A stretch of DNA of 44,069 nt from Octopus bimaculoides (GCF_001194135.2 NC_068996.1:3563825-3607893), one strand, 5' to 3'. Shown: positions 1 to 12,008, numbered from the stretch's first letter. The notes: generated by a model not told the origin, from the letters alone. A program made the numbers and translations.

Positions 1-502
1 CTAACAAGGCTATAAAAGCTAATAAACCGGATATTATTATAAAAGATCAAACAAAGAAGACGTGTTTATTAATTGACATGAGTATTCCCTCTGATCATAA
101 TATACCGGTGAAAGAATTTGACAAGATCAGTAAATATAAAGACTTGCTAATAGAAATTGAAAAAATGTGGCACCTCAAGGCGACTATCATACCAGTGACT
201 GTAGGATCTCTAGGAATGATAAAAAAAGGTATTGAAACCTATTTGAAAATGATACCAGGCTTACCATCCCTACAGGAAGTGCAAAAAATCGTGCTAACTG
301 GAACGCCTCATGTACTGAGAAGAGCATTATCGCTGTGAAAACAACATCCATTCATGATTTTTTTTTTGTTAAATACATGATTTACCTGTGAATTTGCGTG
401 TGTAAACTGGGAATGCATACAACGAGTTTCTCTGCCCTAGGTATACGGAAAACACTCGGCTAGAAATGGAATAAAATTTGAAGAAAGAAGAATAAAAACA
501 AC

Positions 503-599
<97 letters not shown>

Positions 600-607
600 T
601 AATAATA
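1..607 (+). mobile_element. R4/Dong-like RLE non-LTR retrotransposon 3' end (endonuclease, 3' UTR, (TAA)n tail); continues off the window start
   Basis: Frame 3..338 reads ANKPDIIIKDQ..CLLIDMSIP..KEFDKISKYKDL..EIEKMW..IPVTVGSLG..QKIVLTGTPHVLRRALSL, the PD..D..K restriction-like endonuclease signature. A UTR follows, then (TAA)n at 503-607. Confidence 0.9.
503..607 (+). repeat. (TAA)n microsatellite / LINE tail
   Basis: About 35 near-perfect AAT units directly after the LINE 3' UTR. Confidence 0.95.
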
Positions 608-644
608 CCTTAAGAATAAGAACCCAGTTTTAAAATTTCCCCAA

Positions 645-690
645 GATACCTGATGAAGGCTGGAGGGTATATCAGCCAAAACGTTGTGTT
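645..690 (+). ncRNA. Minimal type-I hammerhead-ribozyme-like motif (G12A in this copy), probably from a Penelope-like terminal repeat
   Basis: Stem I GATAC(645-649)/GTGTT(686-690); core CTGATGA 650-656 plus extra A; stem II GGCTG/CAGCC (658-662/673-677); AAAA instead of GAAA at 678-681; palindromic ACGT stem III; N17=U. Confidence 0.6.
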
Positions 691-960
691 AACAGCAAAC
701 AAGATGAGGATAAAAAATATCCTTCAAATATAAATAATATGAATAATTTACATCTAATCTCCCCCATTTATGAGAAAAAAGTGATTGAATTTATCGAAAT
801 TAGTTCTATAACTTAAATCGTATACTTAACATACTTCTATAGCTTTTCATATCTGCGCCAATTTACACCAGTAAATTCAAGGTAAAGTATGAAGAATCAA
901 CATCAGAAATCTTTTGGAAACTAATCCAGTTAAAGGAGGAATTCTCATTCAACCCTTTTT

Positions 961-1970
961 ATAAAATATATACATATATATATATATATCTACCTATATA
1001 TATACTAGCTTATATTATATAAATATGTGTTTGTGTCTTTCTGTGTGTGTGTTTGTGTGTGTATGTGCATTTTTGTGCATGTATGTATGTGTTTGCATGT
1101 ATGCATACATATATATATGTGTATGTATACACATATACATGCACATATATAAACACATATACACACATGCATGCATGTATATGTATATGTGTATATTTCC
1201 GAAAGAAAAGACGTGTTTTTCCTGTCTCTTCTCTACGTCTACCTAGCGTTCATAATTTTTCTATCGTCTTGGCTCAACAGCCCTCACCGTTTGTTTTACT
1301 GCCTTGTTCTCACTGTCCTGTTCTTGTTTACACTTTCACTCTCTGTAGAAAATTCCAAATTTTATTTAATTTGCTTTGCGGGAAGGACTGTTCCAACGAA
1401 GTCGCGTATTGTCCTTGCCTTCGAAACGCGGAGTAGATGGAGCAGGGACAACTGACGAAGAGGTATACTTTCTATGTTGCATGTCTCGTTTCTCTGTTTG
1501 TTTGTTTTGTTTTTTTCGTTGTTCGAAAAAAGTTCGTTTTCTGTTTTCGTTTTTATGTTTTCGTTTCTCATTGTGTTTAACGTTTTTTTTAAAGTCCTGT
1601 ACCCATATATGCATGTATGTATACATATAAATGTAGGTATGTACATATATGTATGCATATATGCATATATTTATATATCATTAATATTATTATATGTATA
1701 TATATGTATGTATGTATGTGTGTGTATGTGTATATATATATATATATNNNNNNNNNNNNNNNNNNNNNNNNNNNNNNNNNNNNNNNNNNNNNNNNNNNNN
1801 NNNNNNNNNNNNNNNNNNNNNNNNNNNNNNNNNNNNNNNNNNNNNNNNNNNNNNNNNNNNNNNNNNNNNNNNNNNNNNNNNNNNNNNNNNNNNNNNNNNN
1901 NNNNNNNNNNNNNNNNNNNNATATATATATATATATATATATATATACGTGTATGTATCTATGCATATGT
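961..1970. repeat. TA/TG/CA-rich low-complexity tracts around gap 1748-1920, with an unclassified repeat-like segment at ~1200-1590
   Basis: Degenerate (TA)n, (TG)n and (TGTA)n tracts are visible directly. Confidence 0.8.
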
Positions 1971-2049
1971 ACACGCTATAATTTCAGATACTTTAAGAAG
2001 GCATTGATACTGTCCGGTGCGATATATATTATTGGTCGGAATGAAGAAA

Positions 2050-2270
2050 TTCGAAAAAGGAAGCAGAAGTTGACGAATATCGTGCAATAGCTTCATGCCA
2101 AGACGACAAACGCCTACGATGGTGTGGCACTACTTTTAGATATTTCATTTTACGTGCGAGTTTAGAGCAATTCCATACTGTCGTAAGTTCCGCCAAAAAT
2201 GCATCCTTTCCTCATTCACTTCCACAATTTCCTGTCGCGTATCACGAGCAATGGCCTTGAAAACTAGGTG
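2050..2270 (+). mobile_element. Possible highly decayed piggyBac transposase C-terminal relic
   Basis: Frame-shifted reading KG..VDEYRAIASCQ/RR..MVWHY/LLDISFY resembles the piggyBac motif KGGVD..D..YSC.R.T.RWP...LLDI. The match is weak. Confidence 0.25.
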
Positions 2271-3930
2271 GGTACAGTTAAAATTTGCCCTACATCATTG
2301 TAATCTGTCATCTTCCTAGAGATTCCATCTAGATTGGAATAGGAAATTTTTACTGTTAAACCTAACTCATGAGAAATGCTAATAGTGTAATGAAAACAGT
2401 TATTTCTGTACTAGGATAGAAACTAGAGACCGGACAGGGGGTGACCGCCTAGTGACTATCACTAACGATTAAGATCTCTATCGTAACTCTTTTCAAGAAA
2501 CGTACAGGCATTGACTTTCCTAATGAATCTCAAACAATTATGAGGTGATAGAAATCTGACAATAAAGCTTAAGGTATAATAACACTGGGTGCAATATATC
2601 TCATCATCGCCTTGTGCTTATGAGGGTTTCGTACCGCAGAGATTCGATGATACAAATTCTGGAAATGAAATGCTACTGCGACATCTTAATCATCTCATGC
2701 TGGGACCCCATCACAAGAGAGCTGATTCACAAAACCATCGTGCATAACATAGGAGCCCCGTGAAGGAAAGAAAACTGAGAGGATATAGATATATAACAAG
2801 ATCTAGTGATCATTCACCAAGGAAATGCACAAGAGCAAGAAATGGGAAGCTGGTAGAGGAAGTGAGGGGCGGATATTATCAAGAAATACACACGTAAATC
2901 ATTAACAAGAGCTTCGACAAACAGTCGTGAGAGACGGAAAGAAATTAATTTACAGTACGCGACGACGCCTCTACCGATCCATAGAAATTGAGGATTCACA
3001 CATAAACACACACAAATATGCACACACACGCGCATACACAAGTGGTCTCCAAAAATATTTACACAAATTGGAGTGTTTATTAAAATACATTTCAATTTCA
3101 AAATTTAATAGAATCGACAGAAAGAATTTAGCATTTTTATGAACATCAGTTTATAAACTAATTACCGTTCTGATGGTGACACTGTTGATAATGTGAAGCA
3201 ATAGAATCGTAAACGTCATGAAATTCTTTGTTCGGTATTTGTGCGCATTTTCATAGATTGTTTTTAGTTCGTCGCCTATCGCCGGTCTTGTACCGTAAAT
3301 TTTTAAGTATTCCTATAAAAAAGGTTTAGTAGTATGAGGCTTGGTGGATGCGGAATGTATTCTACTAAACGTCTTGGTTCAATGCACCTTTTTGGCAGCA
3401 TTTCATCTAGCTGAGCACTTGTTTTAATATGGTAGTGCGGGTATACGCCATCTTGCTCAAAATAAAACTCTGCATTTTCAAAACTCTTAGGAATGGTTGG
3501 TGTGATATATTGATGCAGTATTTCAAGTAAATGTGATTACTCACAGTACATAAATACGACCCAATTAATCGTTCTGGTGACAAACCGTATCGAACTGTAA
3601 CTACTGGTAAATTGACTGATCGTCCTCCGTCATGTGTGGATTCTAAGTTCCACCAGAGGGTGCAGCTGTGATGGTCGACTGGGCCATTTAATTAAATGTA
3701 GCCTCATCACTGAAAATAAACTTTGTTGGAAAGTGTCCATATCTGGTAAAGTATAACTCAACTCTTTATCCTGGATCATCTTTATGAGAGCACGGACTAT
3801 TCTTGGAATGTAACGGTTCCGATAGCACAGCAAAATTCGAGAGACGCTTGCTTTTTAAATTCCTACCTCAAGTCAGAAGATACTTTTCAACGTGCTTTTA
3901 TTTATGCGATTTTTTCATTCCATGTCTGCA

Positions 3931-3934
<4 letters not shown>

Positions 3935-3985
<51 letters not shown>

Positions 3986-4073
3986 NNNNNNNNNNNNNNN
4001 NNNNNNNNNNNNNNNNNNNNNNNNNNNNNNNNNNNNNNNNNNNNNNNNNNNNNNNNNNNNNNNNNNNNNNNNN

Positions 4074-4125
<52 letters not shown>

Positions 4126-4439
4126 TACACACGCGCGCACACACTCCAGGTTTCATTTCGTTCTGAACTCGCACACTTCGTTGATTTCCGTAAAAAGTTT
4201 TTATTTATTTTCTTTTTGCACGACGTGTTCATCTCCATGTATTTGTAGTAAGTCACACACGCACAGGTGTGTTTTTGTATGTACGCTTGTATACATTTAT
4301 GTATGGGTATGTGTGAGGGAAGGGATGTGTTGTCATGTATACGTATATACATAAATACATATGCATACATCTTTTTTCTATGTACGTGTACGTGTGTGTG
4401 AGAGAAAGAGAGAGTGAGATGTCTCACTCTCTCCCTTTC

Positions 4440-4470
<31 letters not shown>

Positions 4471-4547
4471 TACATGCCATAAAGATGTATGCCTGTTTAT
4501 TTATGTATGTACGTATACATGACAATACACCCCTTCACACACATACA

Positions 4548-4602
<55 letters not shown>

Positions 4603-4632
4603 NNNNNNNNNNCACACACACACACACACACG
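3935..4632. repeat. (CT)n/(GA)n/(CA)n microsatellite cluster with two gaps
   Basis: Seen directly; gaps at 3986-4073 and 4603-4612. Confidence 0.9.
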
Positions 4633-4689
4633 TCCATTTCATCTGATGTTTGATACTGTATGTATATGTATCTGTGTGTGCGTGCGTGC

Positions 4690-5961
4690 AGCGTTCCACA
4701 ATCGCCAGAAAAAAAGCAGTGGAATTTTCTTTCTTGATGTTCCTGGTGGCACAAGTAAAACATTTGTAACATTGATTCTCTCCAAGGTAAGGTAACAAAA
4801 AATAATTGCAGTTGCCGTACCATTGTTTGGCTTTGCTGCGACCATTATCTCGGGAGGATGAACAGCTAATTCTGCTTTTAAATTACCTCTAAACTTGGAC
4901 AGAAATGACAGTCCAATTTGTAACATAAGTAAAGATTCTTGTTCACTAGAAGTGTTGTACCTATGCTACCTTATCATTTGGGATGAATGCACCATGTCAC
5001 ATAGAGGTTCAATGGAAGCTCTTGGTAAGACCTTACAGGACATCAGAGGCAACAATATATCTATGGGAGGAATGACATTAATTTTATCATGCGATTTCAG
5101 ACAGATATTACCAGTCATTCTAAGACGAACAAGATCTGATGGAATAAAAGTATGCATTAAGTTTTCACACCTATGGAATAAAGTGCTAAAATTCTCTTGC
5201 GCAAGCTTCATTACATGGTGACCAATGTGCGAAACAGTTTTCAACATAGCTCCTCCAATTAGGAAATGAGAAAGTACCATTTGGTGGGAATGTTGATATC
5301 AGTTTCACTCGTATTGCTATCATGGTGAATTCCCTAGCTGAATTAAAGAACAGGGTATTGCCAGACTTAAGTAATAATTATAATTCGCATAAATGGTTGT
5401 GTGAGAGGGCAATTCCAGCTCCAAAAATTGAGACAGTAGCAAGGATTCACTATGAATTAATGAATAAGATTCCAACAGTCATTAAGTATGAATCAGTTGA
5501 TTCAGCCCTTGCCGAAAATCAAACTGTCCATTAACAAACACAGTTCCCTAATTCTCTTGAGCCAGCTGGAATTCCTGGAGTCCCAATAATGCTCCTAAGA
5601 AATTTAGATCCTCCTAAATTATGCAATGGAACAAGGTTGATTGTGAAGACATTATCACCTAATGTGACACAAGGCACTATCAACAGTGGATGTGCTTCTG
5701 GGGAAGAGATTTTCGTTCCAAGAATTCCACTCAAACGAACAGACATGTCCTTTTATTTCAAACGAACACAATTCCCAGTGCAATTTGCTTTGCAATCTAT
5801 ATTAATAAAGCTCAACGTCAGACTTTGAAATTTACTGGCTTGCTTTTCTTAGGGTCACCTTTATGTTGGTTGCTCCAGGGTAGGTAATTTGCAAGACTCG
5901 TTTATCTATACTCTAAACCAGAAAACGAAAGAATGTTGTTTACCCAGGTGTTCTTACGTAA
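4690..5961 (+). mobile_element. Helitron-type PIF1 helicase pseudogene fragment
   Basis: Frameshifted motifs: GIFFLDVPGGTSKTF (Walker A), IIWDECTM, DFRQILPVI, WLCERAIPAPK, MLLRNLDPPKLCNGTRL, FVPRIPL, FKRTQFPV, INKAQRQTL, LYVGCSRV, KNVVYP. Confidence 0.9.
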
Positions 5962-6025
5962 TTTCCTTCAACTTAAGTGGTAGGATTTATCTCCTTTTAT
6001 AAAAGTGGTAAATTTTGTATTTTCG

Positions 6026-6072
6026 TTTATTATTATTATTATTATTATTAATAATAATAATAATAATAATAA
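6026..6072. repeat. Back-to-back (TTA)n-(TAA)n palindromic microsatellite
   Basis: About 7 TTA units followed immediately by about 8 TAA units. Confidence 0.9.
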
Positions 6073-6330
6073 ATTCCTTATATTCCCTTTCTATCAATGT
6101 AAAGACAGAATCTCCACACAAGAAAGAATCAACAAGGAGAATCTTTTCATAGAAAAATTCCAACCATTTCTTAACACACATACCACTCAGTGACCTTATT
6201 TCTCTAGGAACAGACATAAACTTCCTGTTGAAAAAGAGTTCATAACTCCAACTAAAAACATTTGTCTCCCCTTACACACACTTCCTGTTTTGACACCACA
6301 CTTCCTGCTTAACACAAACTTTTAACCCTT
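6072..6330 (+). mobile_element. Penelope-like element 3' fragment (GIY-YIG C-terminus plus terminal sequence)
   Basis: KFLIFPFYQCKDRISTQERINKENLFIEKFQPFLN matches the R..KE..FI....P.LN ending of PLE endonucleases. CTGTTGA and a GAGT/ACTC stem follow at 6225-6248. Confidence 0.55.
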
Positions 6331-6623
6331 TCTTTAAACCTAACACAACTCTCAATTCTCATGCATCCTTATTTTTCCAACCATTATATACATGAATTAC
6401 CATTGAACTTCAAAAGCTAAAAGACAATATAATGTATTGGTATATTTATTTTTTTTATATATTATTTTTTTTTTTATATTATTATCTTCATTTTGTACTT
6501 CTTTGTAAAAAAACATTTTCATTCTCCCTCTTGAAAATTTGCTTTGCAATGAAAGCCGGTTAGAAATATTTATTAAAATATGCTTCCAGTTTAGCATTCT
6601 GCCTTATTATTATTTTTCCTTTT

Positions 6624-6626
<3 letters not shown>

Positions 6627-6693
<67 letters not shown>
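6627..6693. repeat. (TA)n microsatellite
   Basis: Perfect TA run. Confidence 0.95.
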
Positions 6694-6696
<3 letters not shown>

Positions 6697-7394
6697 AGAC
6701 ATAAACTTGCATATATACAACCACAGATACAATTAGAAGTGTGTGTAATCAAAGACAATTTCAAGGGGAGTTATTACATAAAATCTAGGAAAAAAGCTGA
6801 ACAAGCTCTTCATAAATGACCGATTATTTACTTAGTTGTGTTGCAATGAACGTAGTAAAGATATAATCACAATCTCAAAGATATTTAAAATATCATCCCT
6901 GTATTTACATTTGAAGTATCTGAGGAATGGAGATATAAGCAAAGAAGAGAAACCAAGAAGTTCCAGTACTGTTTCGTATTCTCTACTTGTTAACAATGTA
7001 GCGAATCTCAGGTAGCTAAATAACTTTCAAGTTGTTCAACGTATTCCTCCAATTAATAGGGTGACTGCAAGAAAGGAATTCGAATACGTTTCTTTCTCTT
7101 CTCGAATAGAAACATGTTTAATCGATAGACGCATTAATTCGTTGTATTTTTGATTCTATCCATTTTCACACTCTATATTTTTTTTTCATTTATCTCAGCA
7201 TTCTTTGTTTTTCTAAACACGAAAATCCTTCATTTCAGGAACATATACATATAGCTACTATAATAGCTCGAACCCAATTTCCAAGAGTCTGCACCGATTA
7301 TAATCACATTCAAACCTGTGATTTTTACGGAATTAGGAAAGTAAGCACATATATTCAAGTACACTAGATTATTGTGCGAAATCTACTTTCAGTT

Positions 7395-8030
7395 GTTATT
7401 GCAGCTATTGAGTTACAGAGGAGCAGTGTCTACAGACGCGGAGGACATCACTGGCATGTTATCGGACACTTTAGAGAGAGAAGTTGTCAACATCATATTT
7501 GGGAAATACAAGGTGTGTAGAGGAGTTCAAGAGAGTCCTTGCCATTCCTTGGCGATTTCTACCGAAGGTCCAGTAGGGATATTTACGATCTGGTCTGCAC
7601 TGGATCTCCAGGTAAATAAGAACAAGGAGTGGTTTCAAGCGGGGTGGCAAATCTCTCTCATAAATAGTCTGTGAGAAGTTGTGTCTGAAATTTTGGACAT
7701 AAGTTGATAATACTTACATTCTCTCAGTGATTTACTCCCGTCTGGCCGTCACACCTTGACCAACGAACTATCTGATCAGAGTGGAACGTATGCTTTTCCG
7801 CTTTCTACAAAACTGATAGATGTTACTGGTCAAGAAGTCCACCTGCAGTAAACGCTCTTTCTGTAGCGATCTCTCGATGCGCATTGAGATTGATATAACT
7901 GCAGAAATATCTGCCACGGCGACGGAAACGAAAGTGAAGTAGAATGGGAGACTTTCGTGCCACACCTCTTTTCGCAGCTTGTGGCTCTGGCCAAACTGCA
8001 ATCATGGGCCACGCTTAGATGGTGGCCTTA
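7395..8030 (+). mobile_element. Decayed Tx1/L1-like LINE reverse transcriptase fragment
   Basis: RGAVSTDAEDITGMLSD is a degenerate AYADDITV (RT motif 5). TEGPVGIFTIWSALDLQVNKN resembles TEGPVKLLGVWFGPDLQ..KN. Downstream GNESEVEWETFVPHLFSQLVALAKLQSW resembles the 43267 fragment. Confidence 0.6.
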
Positions 8031-8444
8031 ATCGTCAGCGTTCAGTTTGTTATCCTACTCCCTTTCTTTTATACATCAATGATCTATGTACCATTACATT
8101 CCACAACACTGACTTAATGTAAGTTACATAACACTTCAATTCTCCATAATTCCACCTCTACCCAGCTAATTATTTGAGAGGATCCTCCACTAGGGTTGTG
8201 TCAACCTTGTCTCTTTTAACAGCAAAATCTTAAATGTCAAGAACTATGGCCGGTTGAATCACCTATTTTTAGATTATTTCTTACTTGTTATAAAGTTATG
8301 GACATAATTATCCGTGAAATACTCGACAACTAACATTATAATTTTATCAGTAGGTACAATTCAGATTATCGAACAATTGGAATACTGGTTAGAAAAAATA
8401 CAGCGTCCATGAATCCATTATATGGTATTTTTTGAATTTATACT

Positions 8445-8498
<54 letters not shown>

Positions 8499-8854
8499 CG
8501 CACACACGCACACACACACACACACATGTCTGTATGTTTAACTGCATGCATACATGTATGCAAGCATGCATGTATGTATGCACATGATGTTGCAATGTCC
8601 AATGAAGAAACGGCACTCTTCTGAAAAGAAGTTGCATTCAACATGTATGTACGTATGTATGTATGCATGCATGCATGTGTGTATGTACGTATATACAGAG
8701 AGAGGAAGAGAGAGAGAGAGGAAGAGAGAGAGAGAGAGGAAGAGAGAGAGAGAGGAAGAAAGAGAGAGTAAGCGGTCTCTACATTTACGTTTTTATGATT
8801 GTAAGTATATATCAACTGTGGTTGTGGTATCTATGTGTGTATGTGCATGTGTGT

Positions 8855-8906
<52 letters not shown>
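8445..8906. repeat. (CA)n, (GA)n and (TA)n microsatellite cluster before gap 8907-9153
   Basis: Seen directly. Confidence 0.9.
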
Positions 8907-11900
8907 NNNNNNNNNNNNNNNNNNNNNNNNNNNNNNNNNNNNNNNNNNNNNNNNNNNNNNNNNNNNNNNNNNNNNNNNNNNNNNNNNNNNNNNNNNNNNN
9001 NNNNNNNNNNNNNNNNNNNNNNNNNNNNNNNNNNNNNNNNNNNNNNNNNNNNNNNNNNNNNNNNNNNNNNNNNNNNNNNNNNNNNNNNNNNNNNNNNNNN
9101 NNNNNNNNNNNNNNNNNNNNNNNNNNNNNNNNNNNNNNNNNNNNNNNNNNNNNGAGAGCTTCCTTTGTTTCTTATTTGTCGAATTTCTCTTTTATCTATT
9201 TATTATTCTACTTATACATTCTGAACGGTTTTTGTTTTTCTTTTCGTTCTATGGTGACAGCTGGTGGTGTGGGACAGGGGTGTGGGTGACAGGTGATGTT
9301 TTAACTATTTATTTTTTCTAACCTTTTTTGTAGTTATATGTTTATGTTTGTTGTTATGCTTTTTAGTGTTTTCTATTCCGTTTGTTTTTCCATCTCTTAC
9401 GGCAAACAAATAAACGTGGCGAAATGGTGGTGGCGATGGTGGTTGAAGAAAAGGGTATGAATTGTATACTGAAAAAGAATACTGTTAATTGACTCCAGTT
9501 CTTCACATCGACTTTCAATGTTATTTATTTAAAACTTGCTATTAGTTTCTCTTGGAATGTCTTTTTTAGCAATACATCAAACTGCTTTCTATTGTCTGTA
9601 ATAACGAGTGCTCAGAAACACTGCCAGCTGCTATTCGAATTCCTCTGTGATTGATCGCTCCACATTTGAGCCCGTACAAACGAAATCATCGCTGACTAAT
9701 GGCTTGGAATATGACACGTATTTGCTTTACTGACATTTTTACCCGTCTCTGTTCGTGTGGCGGAGTTCAATACTTGTCAGATCAAATTTCATTTCGTAGG
9801 TTTTCTATCCGATTTTTAAGAATCTGTGTAACAGTATTTGCTTATCTGTTTTGCTCTAAATTCTTATGCTGTTAGTCCTGGTCGTGTATGACTCTTCAAG
9901 GAAGATATGACCGTTATGTCTTTCTTTCAGATATAGTGTATCTAAGATTATATTAACCATTAGGTCATTCCTATTTTTAAAGCACGAAGTGTGATTTAAA
10001 GTGGGGTTTTGATGCAATATTTTGCAGATCGTTCGCTCTAAATGCCACCCCTACTCTATAGCTCTAGAATATTTTTACAAACCGAATTTCGGGAACACTT
10101 GTTTTATTGTTAACTATGTTTCTACTCATAGCCTAGTTACAACTGCTTCAGTATGCATATAACGAAGAAAAACCTTCCTAACGAGATGAGGCATTTAATG
10201 GATGTTTCGAATAAATTTGTATTTGTATTTGTAAAAGATTATGCAATACTGAATGGGAAGAAGCAAAAACTTAAACAGGAACTAATATAGAAAGGAGACA
10301 CACATGCATAGACACACGCATGCGTGCACACAGACACACACACACACACACACACATGTATATATGCCTATACACAGACGGATATGCACTCAGACACGCA
10401 CACTCACGGAAGTACATATTCTGTAGAGTAGTTTGTTTGTTTGTTTTTAATAAGGATATGAACTTTGAAAGCGTTTGCCGAATGATGAAGATACTGACGA
10501 ACACTGTGAGCCTACAATCTTGGATTTCCTCCGGCGTTGTGCGCTCTCCGGAAGAGTTCATGGAAGCAGACCGATCTTAAGTATAGCTAAAAGAGGGGGA
10601 TAGGAAGGGAAACTCTCATAACCACAAAGGATAATATTAATGCCTGACTAACCTTACATGAGTTTAATCTGTTTACGTACATATTATAACAATTAGCCCT
10701 ATAGCGGTCGAAGGATTCTCGTGACAAATAGACAAGGTGCACTTTTGGATTCTTATATTATACAAGGGGGAGACATCTTTTTACTTCACCACATGGTTTG
10801 TACCAAATTTGTCTCGTTATAGTACTTGTAGCTAATCATGGTTCTACATCCCGAAAGAGCAACGGTTTATTGAATACATTTGTGAAATAATGTACTTATA
10901 CTCACTTCAGATTTTGCATTTTGACAATTTTTTAACAGAATTTCCAAATTCGACTTACAACGAGACACTAAGGATTCGCAATGTTTGCTGGTGTATCAGT
11001 AGCAGAATCATATGATCTTAACTATTTTGCTCATAGGTTTTCCATTTCGGAAACATTAAGTTTAATAATCATGCGGTTATTCGTAAGGTTCATTAAGAGT
11101 CTGAACATGGATAATGTTCATCATACCAAAGTCTCGTTTAGCTTTCAATGAGTCAAATGGGATTCGATAAAATGATTCATTTCTGACAAAAATGTCGCTC
11201 GCCACTCTGTAGAAATTTGCTGTATGATTCGAATGTTTATGGAAAATAGCAGTTTATAATGTTTATAAACACTGAATTTACCTCAGCAAATACCCGAGTT
11301 GCATAAATATTCTAAGGTATGCATTTCGAAAATTATATTCGGAACTGACCTAGCGTTGTCTCGTTGTAACTTTATACATTCATGGGAAGATGTTAGCGTG
11401 AATAACTTTTCTTTCCTATTGCTTATAATACTGAAGAAAATTTAATTTGAAGACAAATTTCTGAAAAACTTCCCTTCAAAAATTCAGAGATAATATGCTT
11501 AGTCCGGTTCAGGGTAAAACGTGTAATTAAAGGTATCATAACAAGTGCTATCTTGTCCTTGAAAGGCAAATTGTGAACTTCATCCGTCTACTGGTTTAAC
11601 GCCATCGTTTCATCATTAGATGCCTTGAATGGATTCCACTCTGTTGCACGTATTCAAGCGAAGCCAGGTCTCCGGACTGAGGATAACATTTCTTCATCAG
11701 CTCAGAAGGGCATAAGCACTGACCTTTGTCCCATTACTGTGATATAAAATTCTGGACTTCATTACTTTATATTTCTTTTCATAATACACAGAAATAAGTT
11801 TAGAAGGTGACTGAAACAATACTTCTTCATTCTAACCATCGATTATTTACTTACTGTCACACCGACATTATTAATTTGCATGAGGATGACATAACCCTTC

Positions 11901-11982
11901 TTTCCCCATAACTTGCCCCTGTCATGCGTTATCTACTCGCAACCTGGATGCTAATACGTACGTAGGTATGTGAGTGTGTGTA

Positions 11983-12008
11983 TGGATGGATGGATGGATG
12001 GATGGATG
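11983..12008. repeat. (GGAT)n microsatellite
   Basis: About 6 GGAT units. Confidence 0.85.

Noticed and set aside
1371-1475. Hammerhead-like remnants: GAAGG..CCTTC-GAAACGCG at 1382-1429 and CTGACGA at 1452
   Set aside because: The upstream core is TTGCGGGA (three mismatches), and the CTGACGA has no downstream GAAA, so no complete motif can be built.
437-2090. ORFs rich in Y/I/C/V/H repeats here and throughout the window, including ORFs spanning X runs
   Set aside because: These are translations of microsatellites and N-gaps, not genes.
3324-3370. 9-bp inverted repeat GTTTAGTAG/CTACTAAAC
   Set aside because: Expected by chance in 44 kb of AT-rich DNA.
3630-3833. 67-aa minus-strand ORF with a TTTATTTTCAG acceptor-like site
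   Set aside because: No recognisable domain, no clear donor, and stops in the alternative frames.
9870-10040. Weak similarity to 41330-41460 (possible old SINE 3' fragments)
   Set aside because: The alignment by eye is too short and degenerate to set boundaries or a family.
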